From: Pseudomonadota bacterium
GTDB lineage: Bacteria; Pseudomonadota; Alphaproteobacteria; MPNO01; UBA830
DNA length: 64,000 nucleotides
Direction: 5' to 3'
Assembly: GCA_036136335.1 (NCBI GenBank)
Contig: JAYZQT010000056.1
Coordinates: 25,797-89,796 of the forward strand
Part shown: positions 46,350-55,602 of the stretch, in pieces
Layout: every line of letters starts with the position of its first letter
Numbering within the stretch: the first letter of the stretch is position 1
The notes under the pieces: model-generated
The model's database searches: none
What the model saw: the letters and a program-made list of their open reading frames with translations, nothing else
What the model was told of the DNA's origin: nothing
Translations under genes and position numbers: made by a program

Positions 46350-47758
46350 ACCTTGACACCCGGTTTGAGTGAATACATCCGCAGTACGCATAGGCTTCCC
46401 GCTAAAGGAACAACGGATCCGATGCCGAAGACCCAGACGAGCGCATTGCTGACATTTGCTATGCCGGTACCCTCGTCAAGGCCCGCGGCGTTGGCAACAA
46501 GTCCGGCCAAAGCTGCTCCGTATGCTATTCCAATCGAACGCATGGCCGGGGCAGAACTCGCGGTTATCTGTGATTCTTCCTCGCCTGCGGCGGTTAGGGC
46601 CCAAGAGATCGAATGAACGTTAGTCATACCGACGCCGACCCCGGCAAGTGTCATCAACGCCGTAACCATCCAGATGGGGCTCGAGTTGAGCGTAAGAGCT
46701 ATACCCAGAATTGCAGTTGCGGTAAAAAACAATCCGGTTGCACAGGCAACGCGCGCCCACCGGGCGCTCCAGCCAGCCGTGCCAATGGAACCCAATGTCC
46801 AGGCCACCGAAAACACGGTTAACAGATACCCGATCCATAGCGGATCAAGTCCGTGTATTTTTTGAAGCGCCAACGGCATGAAAATCGTTAGCGGGGTATA
46901 GGAAGCCGACATTAGCAGAAACACCCAGTAAGCTGTCCCAATAGGCGCGAATAGTGACAAAGCCCGACGCGGAAAAAGGTTGTCTGCGCCACGGTCCATT
47001 CGAAGAGTTTGCCATAGGCATAGAATGCCCCCTGCGATCAAACCAACCCGCCATGGAAGAGCATCAAACTGACCTGACGCGCCGACCAGTACAACAGAGG
47101 CGCCGAGCAGCAAAAGTCGACGGACGGGTAAACGCTGACGTTCGCCGTCGTCGCCGTCCGGTACCACGCGCCAGGCGGCAATTATGAAAAGGATGGTTAA
47201 CACGCTGGTGGTCAGAAATGCGCCGCGCCACATGCCAATACTTCCCCAAATACCGCCAATGACGGGCCCAACGACGGCCGCAACGCTCCAGGTCGTCGTA
47301 ATGGTCGCCAGTACACGTGTGCGCAGTTTTCCAGCGTAGAGGTCGTTTACGAGTGTGTAGGATTGTGACATGAGAAGACCACCGCCCACGCCTTCAACCA
47401 TACGGAAAAGAAGCAGCACTCCCATGTTTGGTGACAATGCGCATCCAATAGCACCAGTCAGAAAGATCAGTCCACTGGTCACGTAGCTTTTTCGCCGTCC
47501 GAGAACTGATCTTGCGTATCGCCCGCCGGCGGCACCCATTACTGTGCCCACCATGTAGAGCATCGTCGTCCAGGCGTAAAATTCTATCCCACCGATTTCT
47601 GCGACGACAGCGGGCATTACGGTGGTAATGACAAAAATATCGATGGCGTGAACGCCGATCCCGACGTTTAGTACTACGGTGTAAATTCCGCGAATACCAC
47701 GAAACATGTCCGTCCAGCCGGTTCCTTCTTTCTCCCCGGTGTCCAATGGTTGCTGCAT
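46346..47758 (-). CDS. MFS transporter (14-TMS drug:H+ antiporter-like)
   Basis: 470 aa, highly hydrophobic, with many predicted TM segments. Confidence 0.85.
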   Translation of the reverse strand: MQQPLDTGEKEGTGWTDMFRGIRGIYTVVLNVGIGVHAIDIFVITTVMPAVVAEIGGIEFYAWTTMLYMVGTVMGAAGGRYARSVLGRRKSYVTSGLIFLTGAIGCALSPNMGVLLLFRMVEGVGGGLLMSQSYTLVNDLYAGKLRTRVLATITTTWSVAAVVGPVIGGIWGSIGMWRGAFLTTSVLTILFIIAAWRVVPDGDDGERQRLPVRRLLLLGASVVLVGASGQFDALPWRVGLIAGGILCLWQTLRMDRGADNLFPRRALSLFAPIGTAYWVFLLMSASYTPLTIFMPLALQKIHGLDPLWIGYLLTVFSVAWTLGSIGTAGWSARWARVACATGLFFTATAILGIALTLNSSPIWMVTALMTLAGVGVGMTNVHSISWALTAAGEEESQITASSAPAMRSIGIAYGAALAGLVANAAGLDEGTGIANVSNALVWVFGIGSVVPLAGSLCVLRMYSLKPGVKV

Positions 47759-47777
47759 GATTACAGTCTAGTCTGGA

Positions 47778-47794
47778 TTGGGGAGAATCCCCAA
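47778..47794. promoter_or_regulatory. perfect 7-3-7 palindrome TTGGGGA-GAA-TCCCCAA in a divergent promoter region
   Basis: Seen directly between the MFS start (47758, minus) and the LLM oxidoreductase start (47830, plus). Confidence 0.3.
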
Positions 47795-47829
47795 CTTGAC
47801 ACTACTCGCGAAGAGATGGCGTTTTTGGT

Positions 47830-48861
47830 ATGTCTCTTTCCGTGATGTTGCTTAGTGTCCTTGACCAGTCTCCCATCCGTGCCGGATGCACTCCATCAGA
47901 CGCACTGCAGGAAACGCAGGAGCTTGCCGAGTTCTGCGACCGTCTGGGATATCATCGATACTGGCTCGCGGAACACCATTCAACTGGAGGCCTTGCCGGT
48001 TCAGCGCCCGAAATTCTAATCGGACAGATAGCTGCCCGAACGCACAATCTTCGGGTTGGATCTGGTGGCATAATGCTTAGCCATTATTCGGCTCTGAAGG
48101 TGGCAGAAAATTTTCGAATGTTGGAAACCCTGTATCCTGGCAGAATTGATCTCGGAATTGGCCGTGCACCAGGATCGGATGGATTGACTGCGAGCGCGCT
48201 TGCACATGGACCCGGGGCGCTCGGTATAGAACATTTCCCCGCCCAAATACGTGATGTTCAGGCATGGATTAACGGTGACATGCCGGATGACCACCCGTTC
48301 AAGCAGGTAACTGCGATGCCCGCCGGTGAGACTAGTCCTGAAATCTGGTTGCTTGGATCGAGTGACCAATCGGCTGCCTATGCCGCCTATTTCGGAATGG
48401 CATTTTCCTTTGCCCATTTTATTAATGCGCAGGGTGGACCACTGGTTATGGAGGCCTATCGGCGCCACTTTGAACCCTCCCGACAGGTCTCCGTGCCCCG
48501 AGGATCAGTAGGTATTTTCGTGGTCTGTGCAGATACCGAGGAGGAAGCACTCGAACTCCGTTGGAGCCGTGATCTCTGGACATTACGCCTCCGCACGGGT
48601 CAAACCGGCCCTGTTCCAACAGTAGAAGAAGCCAAGAACTATCCCTATACCCAGCAGGAATGGGCGATCGTCCAACAAAACCGGTCACGCACGATAGCTG
48701 GAAATCCGGAACAGTGTGCCGCCCGAATAGGCGTTCTAGGCGATGAATATAATGTTAACGAGTTTGTGATTGTTACAATTTGTGACAAATTTTCAGCACG
48801 ACTTAGATCGTATGAGTTGCTTGCGGATTCTTTTGCCCTCGCGTCTGCCCATACGGCCTAA
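47830..48861 (+). CDS. LLM-class flavin-dependent oxidoreductase (YhbW-like)
   Basis: LSVLDQSPI...YHRYWLAEHH...GSGGIMLSHYS...DLGIGRAPG is characteristic of this luciferase-like subfamily. Confidence 0.85.
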   Translation: MSLSVMLLSVLDQSPIRAGCTPSDALQETQELAEFCDRLGYHRYWLAEHHSTGGLAGSAPEILIGQIAARTHNLRVGSGGIMLSHYSALKVAENFRMLETLYPGRIDLGIGRAPGSDGLTASALAHGPGALGIEHFPAQIRDVQAWINGDMPDDHPFKQVTAMPAGETSPEIWLLGSSDQSAAYAAYFGMAFSFAHFINAQGGPLVMEAYRRHFEPSRQVSVPRGSVGIFVVCADTEEEALELRWSRDLWTLRLRTGQTGPVPTVEEAKNYPYTQQEWAIVQQNRSRTIAGNPEQCAARIGVLGDEYNVNEFVIVTICDKFSARLRSYELLADSFALASAHTA

Positions 48862-49023
48862 AAATGAGATTATCCAAGCACTGTACAAAAAGGTTTGTGC
48901 CACTAATACGGCCTTGGAATCGGAAGGTGCCTAATCCCATTAAAGGGGGTTTCGCCGATAGTGATCAAAGCGTATCAAGAAGCCCTGTAACGGCACCAAC
49001 TTGATGGAATGGTTCTCTAGATA

Positions 49024-49518
49024 ATGGAAAGCTTAATATTCGCCCTCGTTATTGGTCTCACGGTATATTTGTTCATGCGACGCCTACGATTGGTAAAGCG
49101 GAAAAAGCAATTGGAAGCCAGTGAGGCGCAAACCAGTGGTTCACAAAGCGAACAGGGCAGCATGCCCCGGATCGGACAATCCGGAACCATTACGCGGGAA
49201 CAGATCAAACTGCTTAAAGAAAGCGATTTCGAACCATCCCGGCTCTGGAGCAAGGAAGAGGCGCAACTGATACTGGATACCGTCACCTATCTGCGTTCAG
49301 TAATTTATATTGTAACCAACGAGGATGATCCTCCAATTGAGGTTCAGAACAATGTTCTGAAATTTATACTGACAGACGATAGTTTGCGGGAACATGTCTA
49401 TGAGTGGGGGTTAAATCGCCCGCGTGACGAGTCCGCCATGTTAAGTCAAAACCTCGAACGTGATGACTGTTTTGAGCAGGTCAAAATGGCTGTTCTGGAA
49501 CAATGGGAGGCTCAGTGA
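49024..49518 (+). CDS. hypothetical membrane-anchored protein
   Basis: N-terminal TM segment MESLIFALVIGLTVYLF followed by a basic stretch. I recognise no family. The stop overlaps the queA GTG (GTGA). Confidence 0.45.
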   Translation: MESLIFALVIGLTVYLFMRRLRLVKRKKQLEASEAQTSGSQSEQGSMPRIGQSGTITREQIKLLKESDFEPSRLWSKEEAQLILDTVTYLRSVIYIVTNEDDPPIEVQNNVLKFILTDDSLREHVYEWGLNRPRDESAMLSQNLERDDCFEQVKMAVLEQWEAQ

Positions 49519-50591
49519 TAGAGGCGATTAAGGTCACGGATACACTGAATGCAGATCTGCGAACCGATGACTTTGATTTTGATCTGCCGATCAAAAATAT
49601 AGCGAAAGAACCAGCGCGGCCTCGAGGGTCAGCACGAATGCTTGAGGTTGAGCATCAACTAAACGATCTGAATGTTTCAGACCTGCCGAGGATGTTAGAT
49701 TCTGGCGACACGCTTGTCCTCAATAACACCAGGGTCATACCAGCACGACTTCGCGGCACGCGGCGTGGCATAAAGATCGAGGTAACACTTCACAAATCGG
49801 TCATTGGTGGTCTTTGGCGTGCATTTGCGCGCCCAGCCCGCAAACTGTCGCGGGGTGATGTAATCTGTTTTGCGGCTGATTTCGAGGCGCGTGTATGCGA
49901 AAAAGGGGAAGGGGGCGAGGTACTTTTGTCGTTCCAGGGTTCCCGTGACTTTCGAATGGCTCTTGCCGAACATGGGGAAATTCCAATACCACCATACATT
50001 CCGCGTTCCGACGGCGCTATCGAAGCCGACAAGGAAGACTATCAGACGGTTTATGCAAGCCGTGAGGGCGCGGTCGCTGCACCTACCGCTGGGCTCCATT
50101 TCAGCGAAGCTTTGCTGGATGATATCCGTGGCGCTGGTGTAAAAATCGAGATGGTGACCCTCCATGTAGGGGCTGGTACGTTTTTGCCTGTGAAGGCGGA
50201 CCGGATTGCCCATCACCGCATGCACAGCGAATGGGGTGAGATTTCGCCACACGTTGCAGATTGTATCAACGCGACCCGACAGACCGGTAACAGGGTTGTC
50301 GCCGCTGGGACCACCGTATTGCGCCTGCTTGAAGCGGCCGCCGAGCCCGGGGGAAGACTAAAACCCTATTGCGGCGATACGGACATCTTTATAACCCCCG
50401 GATACAGGTTCCGGGTGGTTGATGCGCTACTGACCAACTTTCACCTTCCACGTTCCACCCTGTTCATGCTGGTAGCGGCATTCTCTGGCCTGGAGCGTAT
50501 GAAAGCTGCTTACGCACATGCGATTGATGAGGGGTACCGTTTCTATTCGTATGGTGATTCCAGTTTTCTGCATCGTTTGGATGGACCATGA
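49515..50591 (+). CDS. queA: S-adenosylmethionine:tRNA ribosyltransferase-isomerase
   Basis: DDFDFDLP and [10 protein letters not shown] motifs. The start is uncertain: GTG at 49515 (GTGA overlap) or ATG at 49503. Confidence 0.9.
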   Translation: MIEAIKVTDTLNADLRTDDFDFDLPIKNIAKEPARPRGSARMLEVEHQLNDLNVSDLPRMLDSGDTLVLNNTRVIPARLRGTRRGIKIEVTLHKSVIGGLWRAFARPARKLSRGDVICFAADFEARVCEKGEGGEVLLSFQGSRDFRMALAEHGEIPIPPYIPRSDGAIEADKEDYQTVYASREGAVAAPTAGLHFSEALLDDIRGAGVKIEMVTLHVGAGTFLPVKADRIAHHRMHSEWGEISPHVADCINATRQTGNRVVAAGTTVLRLLEAAAEPGGRLKPYCGDTDIFITPGYRFRVVDALLTNFHLPRSTLFMLVAAFSGLERMKAAYAHAIDEGYRFYSYGDSSFLHRLDGP

Positions 50592-51715
50592 CCGGTTTTG
50601 GCTTGAAGGTACTTCAAACCGATGGAAACGCGAGACGTGGGCGACTTGAAACCGCTCACGGGATCGTGGATACACCCGCGTTTATGCCTGTTGGGACCGC
50701 CGCGACCATCAAAGGAATGACCTCCGACGCTGTTGCCGGCACCGGCGCCCAGGTTGTCCTCGCAAATACATATCATCTGATGCTGCGTCCAGGAGAGAAG
50801 ACGATCAAGCGTCTGGGCGGCCTTCATCGCTTCATGGACTGGCCAGGCCCGATTCTGACAGATTCAGGCGGCTTCCAGGTGATGTCGTTAGCCGATCTTC
50901 GTAAACTGGATGATGATGGCGTATGTTTCCGGTCCCATATTGACGGCGCGAAATACCAACTCACGCCTGAGCGCGCTGTGAACATACAGAAGCAGCTTGA
51001 TTCAACAATTACAATGGTGCTGGATGAGTGCACCGGCCACGGGGTCGAAAAAAAACAGGCAGCTGAGTCCATGCGGCTATCGATGCGGTGGGCAGACCGC
51101 AGCCGCGATGCCTTTGAACAACGGTCGGGTTACGGCGTTTTTGGAATTGTCCAGGGTAGTATATTTCCCGATCTGAGGGTGGAATCGGTTACAGCACTTA
51201 CGTCGATGGGGTTTGATGGTTATGCGGTTGGTGGACTGGCGGTTGGAGAAAGCCAGGAAGTAATGTTTTCCATGCTTGATGTCACGGTGCCGGCGCTTCC
51301 CCAAACTCGCCCGCGCTATCTCATGGGAGTTGGCACCCCCCGGGACATCGTCGGCGCCGTGCAACGCGGGATCGATATGTTTGACTGTGTCTTGCCTACG
51401 CGGTCGGGTCGCACGGGGCAGGCATTTACCCGTCGCGGCACCGTAAATATAAGAAACGCGCGTCACGCCGAAGACCCTCGTCCACTCGATCCTGACAGCA
51501 ACTACCCGACAGTGAGCGGCCTCAGCCGCGGCTATCTTCATCATCTCTTCAAGGCAAAAGAAATGCTTGGACCAATTCTTCTGACCCTGCACAACCTGCA
51601 TTACTATCAGGAGATAATGCAGAAAGTCCGACATGCCATCGAAACCGCATCCTTACATGAGTTCACGGTAAACTTTGACAGGCAGCAGGCCTCTGGCGAC
51701 ATTGAGGCGCTGTGA
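50588..51715 (+). CDS. tgt: tRNA-guanine transglycosylase
   Basis: [17 protein letters not shown] and the zinc-site region. ATGA overlap with queA. Confidence 0.95.
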   Translation: MTGFGLKVLQTDGNARRGRLETAHGIVDTPAFMPVGTAATIKGMTSDAVAGTGAQVVLANTYHLMLRPGEKTIKRLGGLHRFMDWPGPILTDSGGFQVMSLADLRKLDDDGVCFRSHIDGAKYQLTPERAVNIQKQLDSTITMVLDECTGHGVEKKQAAESMRLSMRWADRSRDAFEQRSGYGVFGIVQGSIFPDLRVESVTALTSMGFDGYAVGGLAVGESQEVMFSMLDVTVPALPQTRPRYLMGVGTPRDIVGAVQRGIDMFDCVLPTRSGRTGQAFTRRGTVNIRNARHAEDPRPLDPDSNYPTVSGLSRGYLHHLFKAKEMLGPILLTLHNLHYYQEIMQKVRHAIETASLHEFTVNFDRQQASGDIEAL

Positions 51716-52893
51716 AAGTGAACGGCCTACCTGATCCACGTTCGTCAATCAGAAAGGTCGCAATTTCACAAGGCTTTGATGCAGTGGGTTTTTCCGAACC
51801 TCAAAATGGCAATGCTGCCAAACGGTTGACCGAATTTCTGGCCGATGGCTTTCATGGCGACATGGGGTGGATGGAGGCGACAGAAGATCGACGCGCGACA
51901 CCACAAAATCTATGGCCTGAAGCCAAAAGCGTAATAGTGGTGGGGACCAACTACGGCCCTGATGAGGACCCATTGTCTTTACTTGAGTTTCCAACGCGCG
52001 GTGCAGTTTCGGCTTATGCGCGCGGTCGCGATTATCATGACGTGATGAAATCAAAACTGCGGCAGGTCGCGTGCTGTATAGCGGACGCATGGGATTGTGA
52101 AGTCAAATATTTTGTGGACACAGCTCCAGTGCTCGAAAAACCCCTCGCGCAACTTGCTGGTGTCGGATGGCAGGGTAAACACACAAACCTGGTATCGCAG
52201 GATTTTGGTTCATGGCTGTTTCTTGGAGAGATCTTTACGACCCTAGAACTTCGCCCCGATAAGATTCACGAAGATCGCTGCGGGAGCTGCCAGAACTGTC
52301 TGGATGTATGTCCGACCAACGCGTTCCCCCAACCATACCGTCTTGATGCCCGGCGCTGTATCTCTTATCTGACCATTGAGCATAAAGGTCACATTGAGGC
52401 AGAATTTCGTGCGGCGATTGGAAACCGGATCTATGGCTGTGATGACTGTCTCGCGGTGTGTCCGTGGAACAAATTTGCAAAACCCACACCACATCAGGCG
52501 CTACGCTCCCACATTCACCTCACACGCCCACTGCTGAGCGATTTTGCACTGCTCAATGATGATGATTTTCGTAACGTGTTTTCCGGTTCGCCGATAAAAC
52601 GCCTTGGCCGCGACCGATTTGTTCGCAATGTGCTGATCGCGATCGGGAATAGCGGAGATACCGGTCTTTCCGAAACATCGCAGAAGCTTTTGAACGATGC
52701 CTCTCCGCTCGTGCGGGCGATGGCGGTTTGGTCCCTGTCGCAACTGCTGGAGAGAGGACATTTTGAAAAGCTCCGAGACCGTTATTTGCCTGTTGAAGAC
52801 GATCTTTATGTTGTGGCGGAATGGGGCGGTAAAATAATTTCTGGAGACGGGGCGATCGGGTGTCAGGTGAAATGGAAATATTCCTGTGATTGA
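51712..52893 (+). CDS. queG: epoxyqueuosine reductase
   Basis: Two 4Fe-4S motifs, [12 protein letters not shown] and [11 protein letters not shown], and the FHGDMGWM segment. GTGA overlap with tgt. Confidence 0.9.
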   Translation: MKVNGLPDPRSSIRKVAISQGFDAVGFSEPQNGNAAKRLTEFLADGFHGDMGWMEATEDRRATPQNLWPEAKSVIVVGTNYGPDEDPLSLLEFPTRGAVSAYARGRDYHDVMKSKLRQVACCIADAWDCEVKYFVDTAPVLEKPLAQLAGVGWQGKHTNLVSQDFGSWLFLGEIFTTLELRPDKIHEDRCGSCQNCLDVCPTNAFPQPYRLDARRCISYLTIEHKGHIEAEFRAAIGNRIYGCDDCLAVCPWNKFAKPTPHQALRSHIHLTRPLLSDFALLNDDDFRNVFSGSPIKRLGRDRFVRNVLIAIGNSGDTGLSETSQKLLNDASPLVRAMAVWSLSQLLERGHFEKLRDRYLPVEDDLYVVAEWGGKIISGDGAIGCQVKWKYSCD

Positions 52894-53042
52894 TGTTTGG
52901 CGCAGACGAAGCAAGCAGGACCCTCCCTTTGCTTTGGGGTTCACGGCGCCCCAGTCTGAAAAGGCGAGTAGTACTGTTAAATTCAACACAGGTGACATAT
53001 TTATACGGTTGGGTCGGTATCAGGTGTTTGGGTGATTAAGCG

Positions 53043-54038
53043 ATGTCAGGAAAATACTGGGACGAGATCGAGCCAGACCGCCGCATTTCAGTTGCGCCGA
53101 TGATGAATAGAACCGATCGCCACGAACGATATTTTTTGCGACTGATATCCCGGTCAGTGTTGCTATATACCGAGATGATCACGACCGGCGCCATCCTTCA
53201 TGGCGACACGGCTAGGTTTCTAGAGTTTGACCCGCGGGAGAAACCCCTTGCCCTTCAACTGGGGGGCAGCAAAGCTCCAGAACTGGCCCGCTGCGCGGCA
53301 ATCGCAGAATTACGGGGGTATGATGAGGTAAACCTGAATGTGGGATGCCCGAGTGATCGCGTTCAAAACGCCCGCTTTGGAGCTTGCCTTATGAAGGAGC
53401 CCCAAACTGTCGCGGCCTGCGTAGCCGCGATGATCGGCGCTACTCAAATACCCGTGACAGTGAAGACACGGATTGGTGTCGATGACCAGGATTCCTGGAA
53501 TGATCTTTACCGTTTTATTGACGTGGTCGGGGCTGCCGGTTGCGATACATTTATTATTCACGCGAGGAAAGCTTGGCTGCAGGGCCTCAGTCCCAGGCAA
53601 AACCGTGAAATACCCCCCCTGTCTTATAAAACCGTCTACAAACTAAAGCAGGAACGGCCTGACCTAAACATCATAATAAATGGGGGGATTACCAGCGTCG
53701 CCGAAACCAATGGTCATTTGGCCAGGGTTGATGGGGTCATGATTGGCCGGGCAGTATATGAAAACCCCTGGTTTCTCGCGGAACTGGAGCAATCGGTTTA
53801 TGGAGGCCCCCCTCCCGAAGACCGTCGCAAGGTCCTTGATGAGTATATAACGTATATGGAGCGGCAGATGGGTCTTGGGGTGCCCCTGTATGCGATGGCA
53901 CGTCACGCGCTCGGACTGTTTCAGGGCCAGCGGGGCGCTCGCGCATGGAGGAGACACATAAGTGAGAACGGGCCACGCCGCGGTGTTGGGTGCGAAATTG
54001 TGCGTCAGGCAGCAGAACAGGTTGTGCAGGCCGCCTGA
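53043..54038 (+). CDS. dusA: tRNA-dihydrouridine synthase A
   Basis: VAPMMNRTDRHERYF, NLNVGCPS and HARKA motifs. Confidence 0.9.
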   Translation: MSGKYWDEIEPDRRISVAPMMNRTDRHERYFLRLISRSVLLYTEMITTGAILHGDTARFLEFDPREKPLALQLGGSKAPELARCAAIAELRGYDEVNLNVGCPSDRVQNARFGACLMKEPQTVAACVAAMIGATQIPVTVKTRIGVDDQDSWNDLYRFIDVVGAAGCDTFIIHARKAWLQGLSPRQNREIPPLSYKTVYKLKQERPDLNIIINGGITSVAETNGHLARVDGVMIGRAVYENPWFLAELEQSVYGGPPPEDRRKVLDEYITYMERQMGLGVPLYAMARHALGLFQGQRGARAWRRHISENGPRRGVGCEIVRQAAEQVVQAA

Positions 54039-54159
54039 ATGCCCGGTCCCACGTCAACCATCGGGTTTTCAACAAACCCCTATGATTGGCTAGGTTGGTC
54101 CTTTGGAACTCCTTAAGCCTTCGGCGTCAACGTGCACAGATGTATTTTATGGTTAAGGT

Positions 54160-54639
54160 TCAAACGACGTGACGGGCCCACTCCGGGTCGTCCAGGTGAC
54201 GGTGCACCATGCGCTGGAGTATTTTTGTTGTCCGAGCCGGCGACATGTCCAGCTGAACAAGGGCAAGCCCGGCCGAAAAAACCTCCTGGTAGTTTTGTAT
54301 TAGTCCATTTTTCAAAATCAAATGACTCATTCCGTTGAACGCGACACGTTTGCCTGCGTTGTCCTCCATCGTTGAGGTATAACTGAAAACCCAACGGGCA
54401 TATCCCATCTGTCTATCCGAATCAAAAACCGGGTCCAACATGTCCCATAGAAATGCACTTGCGTCCCCCCAGAACAGGTCTTCAAGCATATGCGTGATAG
54501 CCTCGCGTCCCTCAAATTTTCCATAAAATGTATCGTAATAAACCCCATCATGCGCAAACAGGTCGGCAAGTGCACTGCCATTTCCGGCTTCCACAGCGGC
54601 GGAAAAACGCTCTAGCAGGATGGAAAAACCGTTATCCAT
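54160..54639 (-). CDS. SnoaL-like / NTF2-fold protein
   Basis: 159 aa. The pattern F..AVEAGN...LADLFA.DGVY..... is typical of the SnoaL_2 fold. Family-level call only. Confidence 0.55.
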   Translation of the reverse strand: MDNGFSILLERFSAAVEAGNGSALADLFAHDGVYYDTFYGKFEGREAITHMLEDLFWGDASAFLWDMLDPVFDSDRQMGYARWVFSYTSTMEDNAGKRVAFNGMSHLILKNGLIQNYQEVFSAGLALVQLDMSPARTTKILQRMVHRHLDDPEWARHVV

Positions 54640-54721
54640 ATTCTATTCCTTCTTCTCCCTTGACCGGACGAATGCGACACGGCATTCACAGTGTTTCTGA
54701 TATTAACAGAACGGGTTGTCC

Positions 54722-55069
54722 ATGGCCGTGATGATTTATCATAATCCCAGCTGCTTCAAATCGTGTTCAACGCTGGCATTACCGGAAAAGGTGGAGGTTT
54801 TCTCGAAGGCGTTTGAATACGTCCGTTTGTCTTCCCCACAAACGGAAACAACCCAAATTCCCGACACACTTTGCATGGAGCCCTGGCATTTAATGCGTAA
54901 GCAGGAAGCCCCCTATACAGGTCTCAAACTTGGTTACAGTTCGCTTGATCGAGACGGTCTTATTGAAGCTATGCTGGGACACCCAATTTTAATAAAAAGC
55001 CCTGTGGTGTTGAACGGGGGCAGGTATTCGATTGGCAGGCCACCCGAAAACGTATTGGAGATACGTTAG
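54722..55069 (+). CDS. ArsC/Spx-family thioredoxin-fold protein
   Basis: MIYHNPSC (compare ArsC IYHNPxC), LMRKQEAPY, HPILIKSPVV and GRPPENVLEI are collinear with glutaredoxin-type arsenate reductase. The start could be 54716, 54722 or 54731. Confidence 0.7.
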   Translation: MAVMIYHNPSCFKSCSTLALPEKVEVFSKAFEYVRLSSPQTETTQIPDTLCMEPWHLMRKQEAPYTGLKLGYSSLDRDGLIEAMLGHPILIKSPVVLNGGRYSIGRPPENVLEIR

Positions 55070-55071
55070 TC

Positions 55072-55599
55072 ATGTGCTTGTCACGGGGCGTTATCTCCGG
55101 CGTGGTTGCAATGGCAGTAATCGTGGCCGCTTCAAACGTACTTGTTCAGTATCCTATAAATGACTGGCTGACCTGGGGTGCATTTACCTATCCCGTCGCA
55201 TTTCTTGTTACTGATCTGACCAATCGGGCGCTCGGTCCGGCAACGGCTCGCCGGGTTGTTTACGTTGGTTTTGCAATGGCAGTGGCGCTGTCCATTTCCC
55301 TGTCAGGGGTTCGGATTGCCATTGCGTCCGGCACAGCTTTCCTGCTGGCACAACTTCTTGACGTTCAGATATTCAATCGTCTCCGGACCCGTTCCGTTTG
55401 GTGGACGGCTCCGCTGGTTTCATCGAGCTCGGCTTCCGCAGTCGATACACTGTTATTCTTTACAATAGCGTTCGCTGGTACCGGATTGCCTTGGGTTACA
55501 TGGGGGATTGGAGATTTTGGGGCCAAGATGTGCGTTGCGTTCGCAATGCTGTTACCGTTCAGGGTGCTGATGTACATGACGCGACCAGAGGAGGCATAA
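55072..55599 (+). CDS. yhhQ: queuosine precursor transporter (YhhQ / VUT family)
   Basis: TWGAFTYPVAFLVTDLTNRALG, LLDVQIFNRLR and AVDTLLFFTIAF closely parallel E. coli YhhQ. Confidence 0.85.
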   Translation: MCLSRGVISGVVAMAVIVAASNVLVQYPINDWLTWGAFTYPVAFLVTDLTNRALGPATARRVVYVGFAMAVALSISLSGVRIAIASGTAFLLAQLLDVQIFNRLRTRSVWWTAPLVSSSSASAVDTLLFFTIAFAGTGLPWVTWGIGDFGAKMCVAFAMLLPFRVLMYMTRPEEA

Positions 55600-55602
55600 A
55601 AC

